IMG/VR virus record: IMGVR_UViG_3300029258_001781
Coordinates: 1-53,009 of that record
Strand: one strand, 5' to 3'
Length of the DNA: 53,009 nt
Origin: a virus
Lineage: Duplodnaviria; Caudoviricetes
The notes under the pieces were generated by a model. It worked only from the letters and a program-made list of their open reading frames with translations. It was not told the DNA's origin and ran no database searches. Positions 37,201 through 46,264 of this stretch are shown here, piece after piece. The stretch's first letter is position 1; every line of letters starts with the position of its first letter. Made by a program: the position numbers and the translations under genes.

Positions 37201-39507
37201 GTCGTCGTATCCCTCGGGCATCTCCTGCACACCATTGAATTCGGCGTTGTTCTCGGACGCCCATGCCCGCGCTTCCTCATCCCGCTTGGCGGCTTCATTA
37301 ACCTCATCGCGGATCGGGCGCAACGTCTCCCGCGTGCCTTCGCCCACGATCTCCTTGACCTCGCGGAGCGTCAGGTCTTCGCCTTTGTCGACGCGAGCAT
37401 CCCATAAGGGACGAGGAATGCGGGGATCGTAGACCGGCCCAGCTCCGGACGTATCACCAGACTCCGGACGGGGCGCCAACGGCTCGGGTCCAGACAGACC
37501 TCGGAGTCCAACAGGACGAGGGCCCTGGCCGATCGATACAGCGCCGTTGGGCGCTTCGATATCACGCGGCGCGTTGCGAAGGTCGTTGAGCGTGCCCAGT
37601 CCCGGGCCGGTCGACATGGGGCCAGCACCTGACACATCACCGGAAGGGTATGCCGGGGGCAAGGGATTGGCGCCGGGAGTGACGCCACGCCCCGAAGCAT
37701 CGGCCTGCGGCGTGGGCGGGCTGGTCAATGGACGCTCGGCCAAAGGCGTGAGCGGAGCATCGGGTCCGTACTGGGGAATCGGCGGCGGCATCTCGCCCGG
37801 CGGAAGCGGACGGAACTGACCCTGTGCTGTGCGAGGCGGAATACCCGGGACTGTCGGCGGGACGCGCACCCCTGCCTGCGGCTCAATCCGCATCTGCGGC
37901 TGCTCACCAGAGCGCACCGGCACACGCGGCATGTTCGCCGGCGCTTGGTTCCAGCGATTGGGGAGCTCGTCGTCGCGTGTATCTGGGTCGCTGTACACGT
38001 TCGGATCGAGGGCGCCGAGGTTGGAAGGCTGCCCCATGAGGTCGACACCCTCGGGGTACACCACATCATCTGGCCGGCGTTCCCGTGCTTGCGGGGTCCG
38101 GTGGTATTCCAGGCGGCGGCGGACCTTCTTCACGTAATCCTGCGTCTCGGGAATGTCCGGGATGCCGTCAGCCTCGTCGACGCGGCCCATGCCTGCGTTG
38201 TAGGCCGCGAGCGCCTTGTCCAAGTCGCCCTCGTAGCGGTCGATCATCTGGCGCAGGTAGCGGGCACCACCCATGATGTTCTGTGCTGGGTCGAACGGGT
38301 CGGTCACACCGAGGTCACCCGCCGTGCCATCCATCAACTGCATCAGGCCCTTCGCCCCGGCATGCGATACCGCATTGGGGTCGCCCTCGGACTCCTGGTG
38401 AATCACTGCCTTGATCAGTCGGCTCGGAATGCCGTACTCGGAAGCGGCGCGGCTCACGATATCGTCATACCGATCGACCTGCCGGCGCGCGTTCTCTTCG
38501 GCTGGGCTCATAGGCTTGTCACTGAACCGGCGCGCACCACGACGGATTGCCCCGGCGCCCCCGGTCATCAAGCCCACCGTGCCGGCAATTACAAGCGAAT
38601 CGCGATACACCTTTTCCGGCGTCAGCGTCGTCGGATCACCGTGTCCGCTCAGGTACGTGTCAAGCTCTTGCAGCAGGTAGATGGTTTCTTCTTCGGCAAG
38701 CTCCGCTCCGTACACCCGTGCGGCGTCCCTCACGCCCTGTACCATGCTGTTCGCGAGCGGCTTGGTCATCAGGTCTTCGACACCGCCCAAGCGTCCTGGC
38801 AGGGCTGAGAACAGCAGTGTGACGCCTGACTCGATGGCACCCTGGCGCGCGGCACTGCCGATATCCCCGGTCTCAAGGTACGTTTCGTTGCCCTGCACCA
38901 AGCCCGCACCGCCAGCCATAACGCCGACGCCGAGTGCAGGGTTGCCGGTAGTCGCGGTCACGCCCAAGCCCCCGAGCATCAGCGGCAGGCTGGCAGACGC
39001 GCCTCGAACCATTTCAGAAGCGAGCCCCGCGCGGCCTTCCGCCATGATCCGGCCGGCTTCTTGGCTCAGGCTCTCGGCGGCGTCCTGCGTGGGTAGCCGT
39101 TCATCGCGCAAGCTGGTGGCAGCCGCATCAAGCGCCTCGTCGTTGGAGTAGGGCGACATACGCCCGGCTGCGACCTGCCCTTGAGCATACGAGCGCCCCG
39201 CCTCGCCCATGAAGTTGGTAATGGCCGAGCCAAGCTGGAGCACCCCGCTCGTAAAGCCGCGCAAGGGTTCATCAATACCCAACGGGCCGCGGCCACTGGG
39301 CTCAGGCGGTGGGGCAAGTGGGATCTTCGCATCGCCGGCCGCAGCCGCACGGCTTCGGTCAAACTCCTCCGGCGTCAGCCCCGCCTTCTCGGCCTCGCCA
39401 CGACGAATGGTGTCGAAGTTTTCGCGAAGGATGGAGTCGATTTGCTCGGGTGGTGTGCCGTCAGGGAACTCAACATGGGTGCCAAGGTCAGGGATTTCGA
39501 CGCGCAT
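31225..39507 (-). CDS. Giant internal virion / DNA ejection polyvalent protein with SLT lytic transglycosylase and GNAT domains
   Basis: SLT motifs QES, GLMQL, AAYNAG, ETQDYV; GNAT VDPQSRRQGLA...FYRSLGF; helical C-terminus. Confidence 0.85.
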   Translation of the reverse strand: MRVEIPDLGTHVEFPDGTPPEQIDSILRENFDTIRRGEAEKAGLTPEEFDRSRAAAAGDAKIPLAPPPEPSGRGPLGIDEPLRGFTSGVLQLGSAITNFMGEAGRSYAQGQVAAGRMSPYSNDEALDAAATSLRDERLPTQDAAESLSQEAGRIMAEGRAGLASEMVRGASASLPLMLGGLGVTATTGNPALGVGVMAGGAGLVQGNETYLETGDIGSAARQGAIESGVTLLFSALPGRLGGVEDLMTKPLANSMVQGVRDAARVYGAELAEEETIYLLQELDTYLSGHGDPTTLTPEKVYRDSLVIAGTVGLMTGGAGAIRRGARRFSDKPMSPAEENARRQVDRYDDIVSRAASEYGIPSRLIKAVIHQESEGDPNAVSHAGAKGLMQLMDGTAGDLGVTDPFDPAQNIMGGARYLRQMIDRYEGDLDKALAAYNAGMGRVDEADGIPDIPETQDYVKKVRRRLEYHRTPQARERRPDDVVYPEGVDLMGQPSNLGALDPNVYSDPDTRDDELPNRWNQAPANMPRVPVRSGEQPQMRIEPQAGVRVPPTVPGIPPRTAQGQFRPLPPGEMPPPIPQYGPDAPLTPLAERPLTSPPTPQADASGRGVTPGANPLPPAYPSGDVSGAGPMSTGPGLGTLNDLRNAPRDIEAPNGAVSIGQGPRPVGLRGLSGPEPLAPRPESGDTSGAGPVYDPRIPRPLWDARVDKGEDLTLREVKEIVGEGTRETLRPIRDEVNEAAKRDEEARAWASENNAEFNGVQEMPEGYDDYLVFTDKEFGSTVYVEKMEDATETIENNRKQFRAAQETTANVASEPAAAPEPEPTQQVDEALPWTTQEQAERYAMRRASETGSAYIYHGRQSMMDSASSRKHFAEIGLESVTRVDKNGAKRQIKLKPPKQSAATKKTSPTREQLEAEGKQPWQMTKAQFVGDSRDADTVAVRKAAHANHVKNAVQRGEDVPAEVLEAYKNGGWAAEALERAKAGEPQPNPAVEQVGDEPMFADEVARAAKISLSNALDALQAASEGTNPRLNVLPGKRFVRNPNYIEPAPARATEPNVDEMPQGAIMSARGHIIHRSTAEPGMIQVTYMDPNGEPTGHTTYNTIGDALQDHPPMDDPYPLAGEQVNDFIIAKHSIMERDGEYPEGEFAYLSPNRPISAGGTGLADLGNWIDLDGNRGVIFSETSLDDDTLSQYQLLPLSPDAREVAYENYAAGRGFQQEQQPNQRDDALARSAETLTAMESQQPTGQTTSEDILSGGQPSRKTAPALEPDFDKLNPEQFPPNEPWAQWFNAMAGGGNKVVPPGDKDAVTSGGTQWTTVVMRDGKVKAAVSTRELYERTPGEVWIGANHQDEYLVLEAIEVDPQSRRQGLARQAMLDVLHATHEVGLPLVIEPGPIGSAAGDKASAAQLREFYRSLGFVPHEGGKTLMVYDPAKNTDALAAENARQSSASQDSPEPVIGKRFYPESANGEPDTSQSPIYPVTIGDRVYDVTWTQFNDVGKVWHLLGEDQRMGPGGTPEYGGPVHTASTRKELIQRLADDPPSMAKPTIGKVLQELDEFEGKRKTLVFETDKFSNLTFRWGARGKAKKALGIINVQARDAGQGSFDELLGMLAARYPDVPIYVEQVQTEQFAEGLQRRGFRPEGDGENNWIRKPIEPVPVEEVVEDANEALQEFRSHMKRAGIKPPDPNGAIGYEDLGFTSGRPQPGYFRRDGAYTWDQALQEAELLGILGEYNPDPSRLAELLSGPAVSRTVFPRFDPNYSQDALTAIGLYGGEVEAIEHLKMQRLVLEESGESTTEVTKVIDEIESRSSEQQLSMFEDEGPLFDPAEFEDDDQDDLFGFDPKAGRRGFVRVPGIEEVGNAIKKPARKWLKTGGDLPEIAFQEKERAEGFRNKMARRTERNNQILARAIHREYSSKAERAAAWKEANRVLTNGELQDIQMELTRTRMQLQNLMAKGEIDEQGIASGMEYIASLENDRDMLIDRPPNLKPDTLRAVQRQRESIDDLVQYGLDNGVFAGDMAFIVESNMGYWTRRSYQMFDNPRWFDEVQQDQQIMQDAREYVHSQFPDMTMDEVDGHISALLRRGQEAASKDGFLAMQGPTLGSQDITSLIKRKFIAKPIRRLMGEYNDPRVNAANSVKTVANLISNKMMLDTIVAEGMGVFLFEKPPNPQFDTRIASDGNQRMKPIDGLYTTKEIADAFKDVYQAKTQDQLTAAVNTTLSIIREGKTVYNPASQVRNFVGNTLIATANGDLLSRHAPESMYSAMKVLSRSPQEAIGAITGVEADTEALWQYTERLIELNLFEQDATVQELRSLRRELSAYSRSEIQNRGNDVVATLSKINRAAEDLYQAGDTFWKIAAFETKKKRYANYARSEGWSEQELEEYVADMIRNTYPTYGRISRLVNSLKDQPLLNLVRADFISWPAEIFRTSINIVDLTQQELRSENPELRRIGAERVVGILAAGAIPMALQMMSAAAEEIDGEKEEAMRNLGLPPWSANNPIYFLPDKNGNKRYVDIGFTDPYAVLRRPIVAMMRGDNWVDAMADGAADVIGNFSSMGIAPNFMVEFITGRRLIDREGSVLPALGGPQGRGVALRNLAPGFLNALERIVRAQQGRPAEGSERTYDLQDELVALFGLRFGGFKLEDALKFKGADVNRRFREIGSQYQNDIRQFMPEEEARAKADAARAAHFRRLSEYVDNARSLGMNAGQIRRVLIQEAGMPTADAVAAMTGRPRPYMPPTQQQRGVGIPELPKPPRMPSLPGSF

Positions 39508-39519
39508 TGAGTTCTCCTG

Positions 39520-40536
39520 TTAGGGCATTCCCCATGTCCAGTTGCCGTTGCTGTCTTGCCGCAAGCCGCTTCCGCCGCCGGTGTCCAGGTGCGTCGTGCC
39601 GCCGGTGCGACGATTTAATTCCTGGTCGACCAGTTGCCAAAACTGCGGCGTGAAGTTGGGGACGCTTTGTCCGGTCTGCGAGTCCGCCGTGATCGTCACG
39701 TAGTTTGGGTCGTTGAGGTAGCGCTGATAAAGCTCGCTTATCACGCTCTGCCGCAAACGCTGCTTGCGCTCGGCATCGGCCAAGCTGTTCCCCGATGAAT
39801 CCAATTCCCGGGTCTGTCGAGCCCACAGGGAATCGAGTTCGGCGCGCAACTGCTCCATGCGCTGCGAGCCCTCGGCATCAAGGCGATTCATGTAATACTT
39901 CTGCTCGAGCGTTCGAAGTTCTCGGTTGATCTGGTTCTCGCGCTCCATGATGGCCAGGCCACGGGCGAGGTCCGCGTCGGACTGCCGCTCATACAGGTCG
40001 CCGCGGAGCCCGTATTCCTGGCGCTGCTGCTCAAGGCTCTGCCGAAATAGCTGGGAGTTCTCGTCTTGGCGCCCGCCCTGTTTCTGCTTCTCCAATTCCA
40101 TCTGCGCCGTATCCCGCATCTTCTGCATCTGCATCTCGTTCTTTTGGCGCTGCTGCTCCAGTTTTAGTTGCTGGGCACGATCCTTCTCCGCCTCCATCGC
40201 GCTCTCACGCTGTGCGCGCAGACGAATGCGTTCGCTTGCGTTGGCCTGATTGGTGTTGTTGATCCTGTCCGTCACCTGCATCATCTGGTCGAAATTCATG
40301 CCGAAGCTGTGGCCGGGAACGGTTGGGTACTGTAGTTCTTCCTGAGACTGCTGGCGCATGCCGGCGATATCACCGAACACCTGCATGGCTCCGCGCGCCA
40401 TGGGGGTCATCTGCTGCATGGACTCCGCCTGCCGGCGCTCGCCGGTAATGCGGTTGAGCTCCGCGACAATTTGTTCCTCTGGGATGTTGTCGGGAAACTC
40501 GATTGTCTGTCCATCGGCCAGTGTCGTTACCTGCAT
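39520..40536 (-). CDS. Ejection (internal virion) protein
   Basis: Gln-rich coiled coil; position in the module. Confidence 0.7.
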   Translation of the reverse strand: MQVTTLADGQTIEFPDNIPEEQIVAELNRITGERRQAESMQQMTPMARGAMQVFGDIAGMRQQSQEELQYPTVPGHSFGMNFDQMMQVTDRINNTNQANASERIRLRAQRESAMEAEKDRAQQLKLEQQRQKNEMQMQKMRDTAQMELEKQKQGGRQDENSQLFRQSLEQQRQEYGLRGDLYERQSDADLARGLAIMERENQINRELRTLEQKYYMNRLDAEGSQRMEQLRAELDSLWARQTRELDSSGNSLADAERKQRLRQSVISELYQRYLNDPNYVTITADSQTGQSVPNFTPQFWQLVDQELNRRTGGTTHLDTGGGSGLRQDSNGNWTWGMP

Positions 40537-40538
40537 GC

Positions 40539-41267
40539 CTAGTACCCTCCGAGCGCGTTGTTGGGAGCGGGCTGGCCGATGTTGATGATGTTGCCTTGAT
40601 CGTCGGTCTCTGCCCATACACGCCGGCCGTTGATGGTGATGAGTTTCCCATACTGGGAGTTGCCCGGACGCGGCGAAAGTGCAGAGTTATACTGCATGCC
40701 GCCCAGCGCCGTCTTGAACATGCCTTGCATGGCCGGGGAAAACTTGCTCATGTTGTCGGCATTCGCGAGACCGCCCGTCTTGAAGAAACTGCGGCGGGCA
40801 TCCTTCGCCGCGGCCTGGCCATAGCTCTGGATCTGCTGCTCCGTCATCGCCGGCCCGACCTCGGGGTTATCGCCGAGATTGGCCAAGGCGTCCTGCTTCG
40901 CGGCTCGCCCCGTCGCCATGCCGGCAATCGCATTCGTGCCACCAGAAATTGCCGTGTTCATCAGCGCATCCCCGTAGTCGACTTGACCACCCGCGAGGTC
41001 GGTAACCCCCGCCTCGACCATCGGCGATACGAATGGACCCACGACCGGAATGAAGTTCGAAGCCATGCCGGCCAGCTTGCCGACGAACCCCGCCTTCTTC
41101 TGCTTCTTCCGCGCCTTCTCTGCTTCCTTCATCGCCTGCTCCGCCTGCTTGGCCTGGAACATCTTCTGGAAGCCCTGCGCACCGGTGTTGTACCGGGAGT
41201 TCGGATCGGTGAGAGACTGCGTAGTCTGCGTCAGTACACTGCCGAGTGCGTTGTAGTCGATGCCCAT
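40539..41267 (-). CDS. Ejection (internal virion) protein
   Basis: Gly/Ala-rich membrane-inserting segment ASNFIPVVGPFVS. Confidence 0.7.
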   Translation of the reverse strand: MGIDYNALGSVLTQTTQSLTDPNSRYNTGAQGFQKMFQAKQAEQAMKEAEKARKKQKKAGFVGKLAGMASNFIPVVGPFVSPMVEAGVTDLAGGQVDYGDALMNTAISGGTNAIAGMATGRAAKQDALANLGDNPEVGPAMTEQQIQSYGQAAAKDARRSFFKTGGLANADNMSKFSPAMQGMFKTALGGMQYNSALSPRPGNSQYGKLITINGRRVWAETDDQGNIINIGQPAPNNALGGY

Positions 41268-41269
41268 AA

Positions 41270-42298
41270 TCAGTTCCTTGCGTCGATGAGTCCGCCGAGA
41301 GCGGAAATTGCCAATACGCCAAGACCGCCAATCACACCGGCGGCTGGGTTGCCCAAAGCAGTGCCGATACCGATGCCCGCGCTGACCGCGGTGCCAGCCG
41401 ACCCGATAAGACGCGAGCCCAAACCCTCTTCCTTTGGTAGCGTCACTGGCCCGGCGCCCGCATAACTGGCGAGCACCTGAGATCCGTAGGGGAATTGGTC
41501 GAGACGCCACTGGGTTTCGCTCTGGTCAAGGCGAAGATCGGCGTTAAGCTGATCGTTGCGAGCGACAATTTCGAAGCGAGCGGCTTCCTGCACCACCTGC
41601 ACCGCCGTCTGCCTGGACTGCAAGCGAAGCTGCCACAGGTTGATAAACTGCCCGACGTAGTTCTGCACGATCTGCACTTTGCGCTCATACCCGCTCAGTG
41701 CGAGCTTGGCGCCAAAGTCATCGATCTGTCGGGCGCGATCGTGATTCATGGCCGATAGCGTGTGGTCAAATCCGGTGCTCATCACCGAGCGTCCCATTTC
41801 GTGAGAGATCAGAGCATCGCTGACGCGCCGCTGGAACGCATCCTCAGTAGAGCGTTCGAACGTTTCAATGGCACGCTGTACACGATCGTCGTTTTCCAGC
41901 TCGTCCTCAGTAAACTTGACCGCAGTTCGGACGGCGGCGTCGAGAATCGCGTTTGGGTCCAATTCGTCGATGACACTGGTGAAGCTATCCACGGTTCGGT
42001 CGAGCTTCTGGATCGCCATGCCCGGGTCGAATGACGCCACTCCTTCGAACGGGTTGAGTGCGGCCGCGATCTCCATTTCCTCGGCGACGTTTAGAGCGAG
42101 TAGCGCGGTGGTTGGCCCGCCGGACACAAGGTCGGTGTCTTCCAGCGCATACACCATTTCGTCCCAGTACGCCGTATACTCGGAGTGAGCAGGGGTGCCG
42201 GTCATATCGGGCGGCTCGACAGCGTTGAGCCACCGGGCGTGCTGCAATAGCTGGGGGATGGGAAGTACGACTTCCCCCGAGGCACCGCCACCAGGCAT
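41270..42298 (-). CDS. Ejection/pilot protein
   Basis: MPGGG start; helical; Gly-rich hydrophobic C-terminus. Confidence 0.7.
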   Translation of the reverse strand: MPGGGASGEVVLPIPQLLQHARWLNAVEPPDMTGTPAHSEYTAYWDEMVYALEDTDLVSGGPTTALLALNVAEEMEIAAALNPFEGVASFDPGMAIQKLDRTVDSFTSVIDELDPNAILDAAVRTAVKFTEDELENDDRVQRAIETFERSTEDAFQRRVSDALISHEMGRSVMSTGFDHTLSAMNHDRARQIDDFGAKLALSGYERKVQIVQNYVGQFINLWQLRLQSRQTAVQVVQEAARFEIVARNDQLNADLRLDQSETQWRLDQFPYGSQVLASYAGAGPVTLPKEEGLGSRLIGSAGTAVSAGIGIGTALGNPAAGVIGGLGVLAISALGGLIDARN

Positions 42299-42300
42299 GG

Positions 42301-42765
42301 CTACAACTCCTTCTTGTACGCTGAGGGTTGAAACCCGAAACCGGACAACAACCGCTGCACCCTTGGGTTCACACTGAAGATTTCAACGGCGGCGGCGTTC
42401 TTGCCACGGGCGTACCGAATCAGAGCTTTGTATACCTGCTGCCACTCCTTCGTGGTGACAACGGCTCCTTCGCGTATATTGCCATGAACCACGGAAAAAA
42501 TACACTCTTCCGTGTAAGGGGTCTTGTAGATCTGCGTCCCCATGAGCCCGATGAACTCGATATTGTCACCATCGAACCGGCGAATCACCCAGAACTCAAG
42601 ACGCCAGATCATGGCATCGAGAAGCATCTGGACAATCTTCAAGGGGTTGCGGTACAGCCCGGACGAGCGGAGGAAGTGGAACAGAAGATCCCACATCATC
42701 AGTATGTCCGCTGGCTCCAGTTTGGTCAGGTGCAGTTCGCCTTGCGGCTTCTCTTCCGGTTCCAT
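42301..42765 (-). CDS. GNAT-fold tail assembly protein (T7 gp13/P22 gp14-like position)
   Basis: Between nozzle and ejection genes; C-terminal RLLSGFGF. Confidence 0.55.
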   Translation of the reverse strand: MEPEEKPQGELHLTKLEPADILMMWDLLFHFLRSSGLYRNPLKIVQMLLDAMIWRLEFWVIRRFDGDNIEFIGLMGTQIYKTPYTEECIFSVVHGNIREGAVVTTKEWQQVYKALIRYARGKNAAAVEIFSVNPRVQRLLSGFGFQPSAYKKEL

Positions 42766-44324
42766 CAGTCACCCCTCGGAACCCCCCGAGTGCCTCGGGT
42801 GGTGGTGATATCATCCGCCTGATACTGGAACCGAAGCCGATCAATGACGCCGCGAGTACCATTGGCAACATCGCCCTGCACCTTGATCTTTGCGTCGTTG
42901 AACTGGACCTTGGGGTACAGCATCACGGACCCGTCTTTTCTCCCCTGGCAAAGCGCACCGCTGCGGAACGTGCTGGTCTCGTCGTTGTACCGATAGTCGA
43001 CGCCGGCCGACAGGTTGGTGACACCTTCGCGAGATACCTGAATCACCTGCGCCATCTTCCGCCCGCGCTCCCCAATATCCAATGGCAGGCTGCGGAACAG
43101 AACTGTGCGCTTCGTGTCGTCCGACCGTGTGTCGCGCGCAATGCCGTACAAGTTTCCGCCGTCCCGCACCAAGCTGGTTGGAACGATCTCCATTGGGCCG
43201 CCCAGCCGATCGTCGTCATCTAAGATGAACGCTTGCGCCTTGTCGGCAATCCACCATGTCCGCTCAAGTGAGTCGAACGAGATCGTGACGTCGGCCAGCG
43301 TCAAGGAGCCCAAGTGCTGGGAGAACTTGAGGCGCCGCGGACGTTGCTGCGGCGTGATCTTCCACAGTTCACGCTCGGGAGTCAGGTATACACAGGCGTC
43401 GAGGTCACCGCCAACCGCGGCAGGCGCGGCAATGCCGATTCCGGAAAGGCGCTGATCGCGGTAAATATCTCCGTCTGGCATCAAGCGGGCAACGCCATTG
43501 GTTCCGAAGACAATCGGCGCGTCGTCGAGTTCATGGAACGCCTGAATCGCACCGGGACTCCGCAGCAGGGCGAAGCCCCACTCGCGATCCTCCAGGCGGG
43601 ACATGACGTGCCCCTCCATATCTGTCTGGTTCTGAGACGTGTACATGTCGAGCAGCGAAAGCAGCGCATCGAAAGGGCGGTCGGAGGAGCCGCCACCACG
43701 CTCACCGAACATCATCCACCCGAGGCCCCACGACTGTGTGCTGTAGGCAATGCGATCGGAATCGTTCATATCCTTCCACTTCTGGAAGACTCGGCCGAAC
43801 ACGTCGGAAGAGAACACATCGCCGGCCATGCCGCCAAGCAGTAATCGCCCCTCGTGTTTGCCGACCCCGAGCACCGTCGGCGTGGTTACACGCGACAGTC
43901 CGGTGCCCCACAGGAAAACGTCGGAGTTGGTGAAGAAAGGGATCTCATCGAAGAATACGCCGCGCCATGGGTGTGTGCCGGCCGAGAAGGTCGCCCCCAC
44001 CGCTGACGCATCCCATGACTCATCGGCGCTGTACGCTTGCGTCTGCCCCATCACCCAGCGATTCGCTTCGCCGCGAAAAAGCTGCACCGTGCCATCGGTC
44101 GCCCAGTTGGGCGTCGGCCCATTGGTTACCGGATTGGTGATTTCATCGGGGGTCGCCGCAGCGTATCCAAGCGGCTGTAGGTTCTGCATGGTCTCCGCGT
44201 AGGGCGTGTTGCGCGGAGCCCGGGCGTCGGGGCTAAGACCATTGCCAAGAGCCTCACGGGCCATCAGGGAGTATTCGCGATACCCGCCCTCCATGCGCCC
44301 CGTCAGTGTCCGGTCACGCTCCAT
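42765..44324 (-). CDS. Tail nozzle / DNA-stabilisation-like protein, paralogue 3
   Basis: Beta-propeller-like; motifs shared with paralogues 1 and 2. Confidence 0.65.
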   Translation of the reverse strand: MERDRTLTGRMEGGYREYSLMAREALGNGLSPDARAPRNTPYAETMQNLQPLGYAAATPDEITNPVTNGPTPNWATDGTVQLFRGEANRWVMGQTQAYSADESWDASAVGATFSAGTHPWRGVFFDEIPFFTNSDVFLWGTGLSRVTTPTVLGVGKHEGRLLLGGMAGDVFSSDVFGRVFQKWKDMNDSDRIAYSTQSWGLGWMMFGERGGGSSDRPFDALLSLLDMYTSQNQTDMEGHVMSRLEDREWGFALLRSPGAIQAFHELDDAPIVFGTNGVARLMPDGDIYRDQRLSGIGIAAPAAVGGDLDACVYLTPERELWKITPQQRPRRLKFSQHLGSLTLADVTISFDSLERTWWIADKAQAFILDDDDRLGGPMEIVPTSLVRDGGNLYGIARDTRSDDTKRTVLFRSLPLDIGERGRKMAQVIQVSREGVTNLSAGVDYRYNDETSTFRSGALCQGRKDGSVMLYPKVQFNDAKIKVQGDVANGTRGVIDRLRFQYQADDITTTRGTRGVPRGD

Positions 44325-46264
44325 TACTTGTTCGTCTCACTCAGGATGGTGTCGGTGCCCGACATGATCGCATTCATCGACGGCTTGCCCAGCTTCGGGT
44401 TGACCATCAGACCTTGGCAATCCACTTCCTTGTAGTTGGGCGCCACCAGCCGCGGTTTGAAGTCCGCCCCCGTCCGCTTCACGAAGGCGCGACCACGGTC
44501 ATCAACATCAACCGCAGTCTGCCGGCGGAACTCATCGCTGGAGCGCAGCCGCCACTGGGCCTGGGCTGTCCATGAACTCGCGTCCGCCTCCTGGCATTGC
44601 ACGTCCATCGAACTGACCTCGAAGGTCTTGCGGTCGGGACGGCTGATCATCGTCCACTCCAGCACCGCCTGCTGCGGGTCGGAAGCGACCTCGGCGCAGC
44701 CAAGAAGCGTGTCGTCGCTATCCAGTCGAACCAGACTGGTCGGGCGAACTGCTGCGCTCTGTCCAAGGCCGTAGCCCGTGTAGGCAAAACAGTCCGACGA
44801 GTCGGCAAAAAATGACACCGAGCGGATCGGGTCGTAGGACGCAACAACCTGCGTAAGCGTCAGGGTTTCCAGATACTCGCTGTAATCGAGTCGTGTGGCC
44901 GAGTTGCCGTTGATCACGTACAAATCGCCACGGTTGGACACGAAATAGTGCATGGATTCGCTACCGCAAACCGATGTGTTGTTGGGAACGCCAACGTGAT
45001 TGAGAGTCTGCACCATGTTCGACTCGTCGACCACTTCGATGGCGACCTCCGTGTAGCCACTCTCCCCACGAACCAGGCGACAGATGCCGTCCTTGCCGTA
45101 GCAGATCAGGTCATTGCCAAGCTGCTTGAGATGGCGGATGGCACCGCACCACTGGGGCCGATAGAAGCCCAGCATGCCCTCTTCGAAGTTGCCATGCACG
45201 ATGCCCTTGAAGTTCTCCCCTTCGTAATCGGGGTCGGGGTATCCCAGCGCGGCCAAGAACACTTGGAACGGGAGGTCATTCGCAAGGCCACCCATCTCGG
45301 AGAAGAAGATATACGTGTCGTCGAGGGAGTCGTCCTGCGTTGTCACCTGGTTCTGCTGCTGGTTTTCGCGCCAGTGGTCGAACAGATCGGTGACGATTTG
45401 CTGATTCAGGCGCGTGCCACTCATGCCGCCAATCACCACAGCGTTATTGTGCTTGCCCACAGCCCCTACGTTGAGATCTTGAGCCTCAACGACCACCGTC
45501 GTATCGGCCGCAGACTTGGGGTTGGATGGCAGGCGCCACAGGAAGTTTTGCTGATTGTGGGCGAACCAGACCTGATCCTGAAATCCGCACACGTTGTAGC
45601 CAAGGCCGCCCGACGCAAGCGTCACCTGCGCCACAACCGAAACATTGTCGATGGTGCCGGTGAACCCACTGGTCGTAAAACTGAAATCCGTGCCACCCGA
45701 ACACGTGATGGTTTCGTAGTACGTGCCGGTCGAGCTGCGCGTCGTGCCGGCCTGCGTGCCACAGTTCGGCGTGACCGAGCCCGCCGACACCACAACGGAG
45801 AACTCCACCAGGTAGACCGTGCTGAGTACGAGCGGGCCACTCTGGGTAAGTGCCGCCGACGTGCTGGTGCCCACAGCCTTGCCGCCCGTGATCGTCCAGC
45901 CCGAACCTTTCGCCCAGTCGGCATCCTCATCGAAGAAGCGATTGGTGATTTCCTGTCGGGCATCGTACACAGTGAATTGCGTGGCCGGCCATGGGTAGGA
46001 CGATACGTCCAAGTCCCAGACCTCCTGATTTTGGAAGGCAAGGAACGTCTTCTCGCTGCGATGAACCTGCGGAAACGGGTGGGTCACCGAGTTGGCAATG
46101 TCGCCGGTATCGATCGGATAGGTGATCTGGCGCAGAGTGAGCGCGCCCCGATCTCCAAACGGCAACTGGTTCTGCATCGTCCGCAGCCAGTCGCCGCCCC
46201 GCGATTTGTCCCGCTTGGGTCGCAGTCCGCGGCCCGGTGCTTCGTTCAGGATAATTGGGTCCAT
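44324..46264 (-). CDS. Tail nozzle-like protein, paralogue 2, with inserted CBM-like domain
   Basis: Shared motifs plus insert WAKGSGWTI...TIDNVSV. Confidence 0.65.
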   Translation of the reverse strand: MDPIILNEAPGRGLRPKRDKSRGGDWLRTMQNQLPFGDRGALTLRQITYPIDTGDIANSVTHPFPQVHRSEKTFLAFQNQEVWDLDVSSYPWPATQFTVYDARQEITNRFFDEDADWAKGSGWTITGGKAVGTSTSAALTQSGPLVLSTVYLVEFSVVVSAGSVTPNCGTQAGTTRSSTGTYYETITCSGGTDFSFTTSGFTGTIDNVSVVAQVTLASGGLGYNVCGFQDQVWFAHNQQNFLWRLPSNPKSAADTTVVVEAQDLNVGAVGKHNNAVVIGGMSGTRLNQQIVTDLFDHWRENQQQNQVTTQDDSLDDTYIFFSEMGGLANDLPFQVFLAALGYPDPDYEGENFKGIVHGNFEEGMLGFYRPQWCGAIRHLKQLGNDLICYGKDGICRLVRGESGYTEVAIEVVDESNMVQTLNHVGVPNNTSVCGSESMHYFVSNRGDLYVINGNSATRLDYSEYLETLTLTQVVASYDPIRSVSFFADSSDCFAYTGYGLGQSAAVRPTSLVRLDSDDTLLGCAEVASDPQQAVLEWTMISRPDRKTFEVSSMDVQCQEADASSWTAQAQWRLRSSDEFRRQTAVDVDDRGRAFVKRTGADFKPRLVAPNYKEVDCQGLMVNPKLGKPSMNAIMSGTDTILSETNK

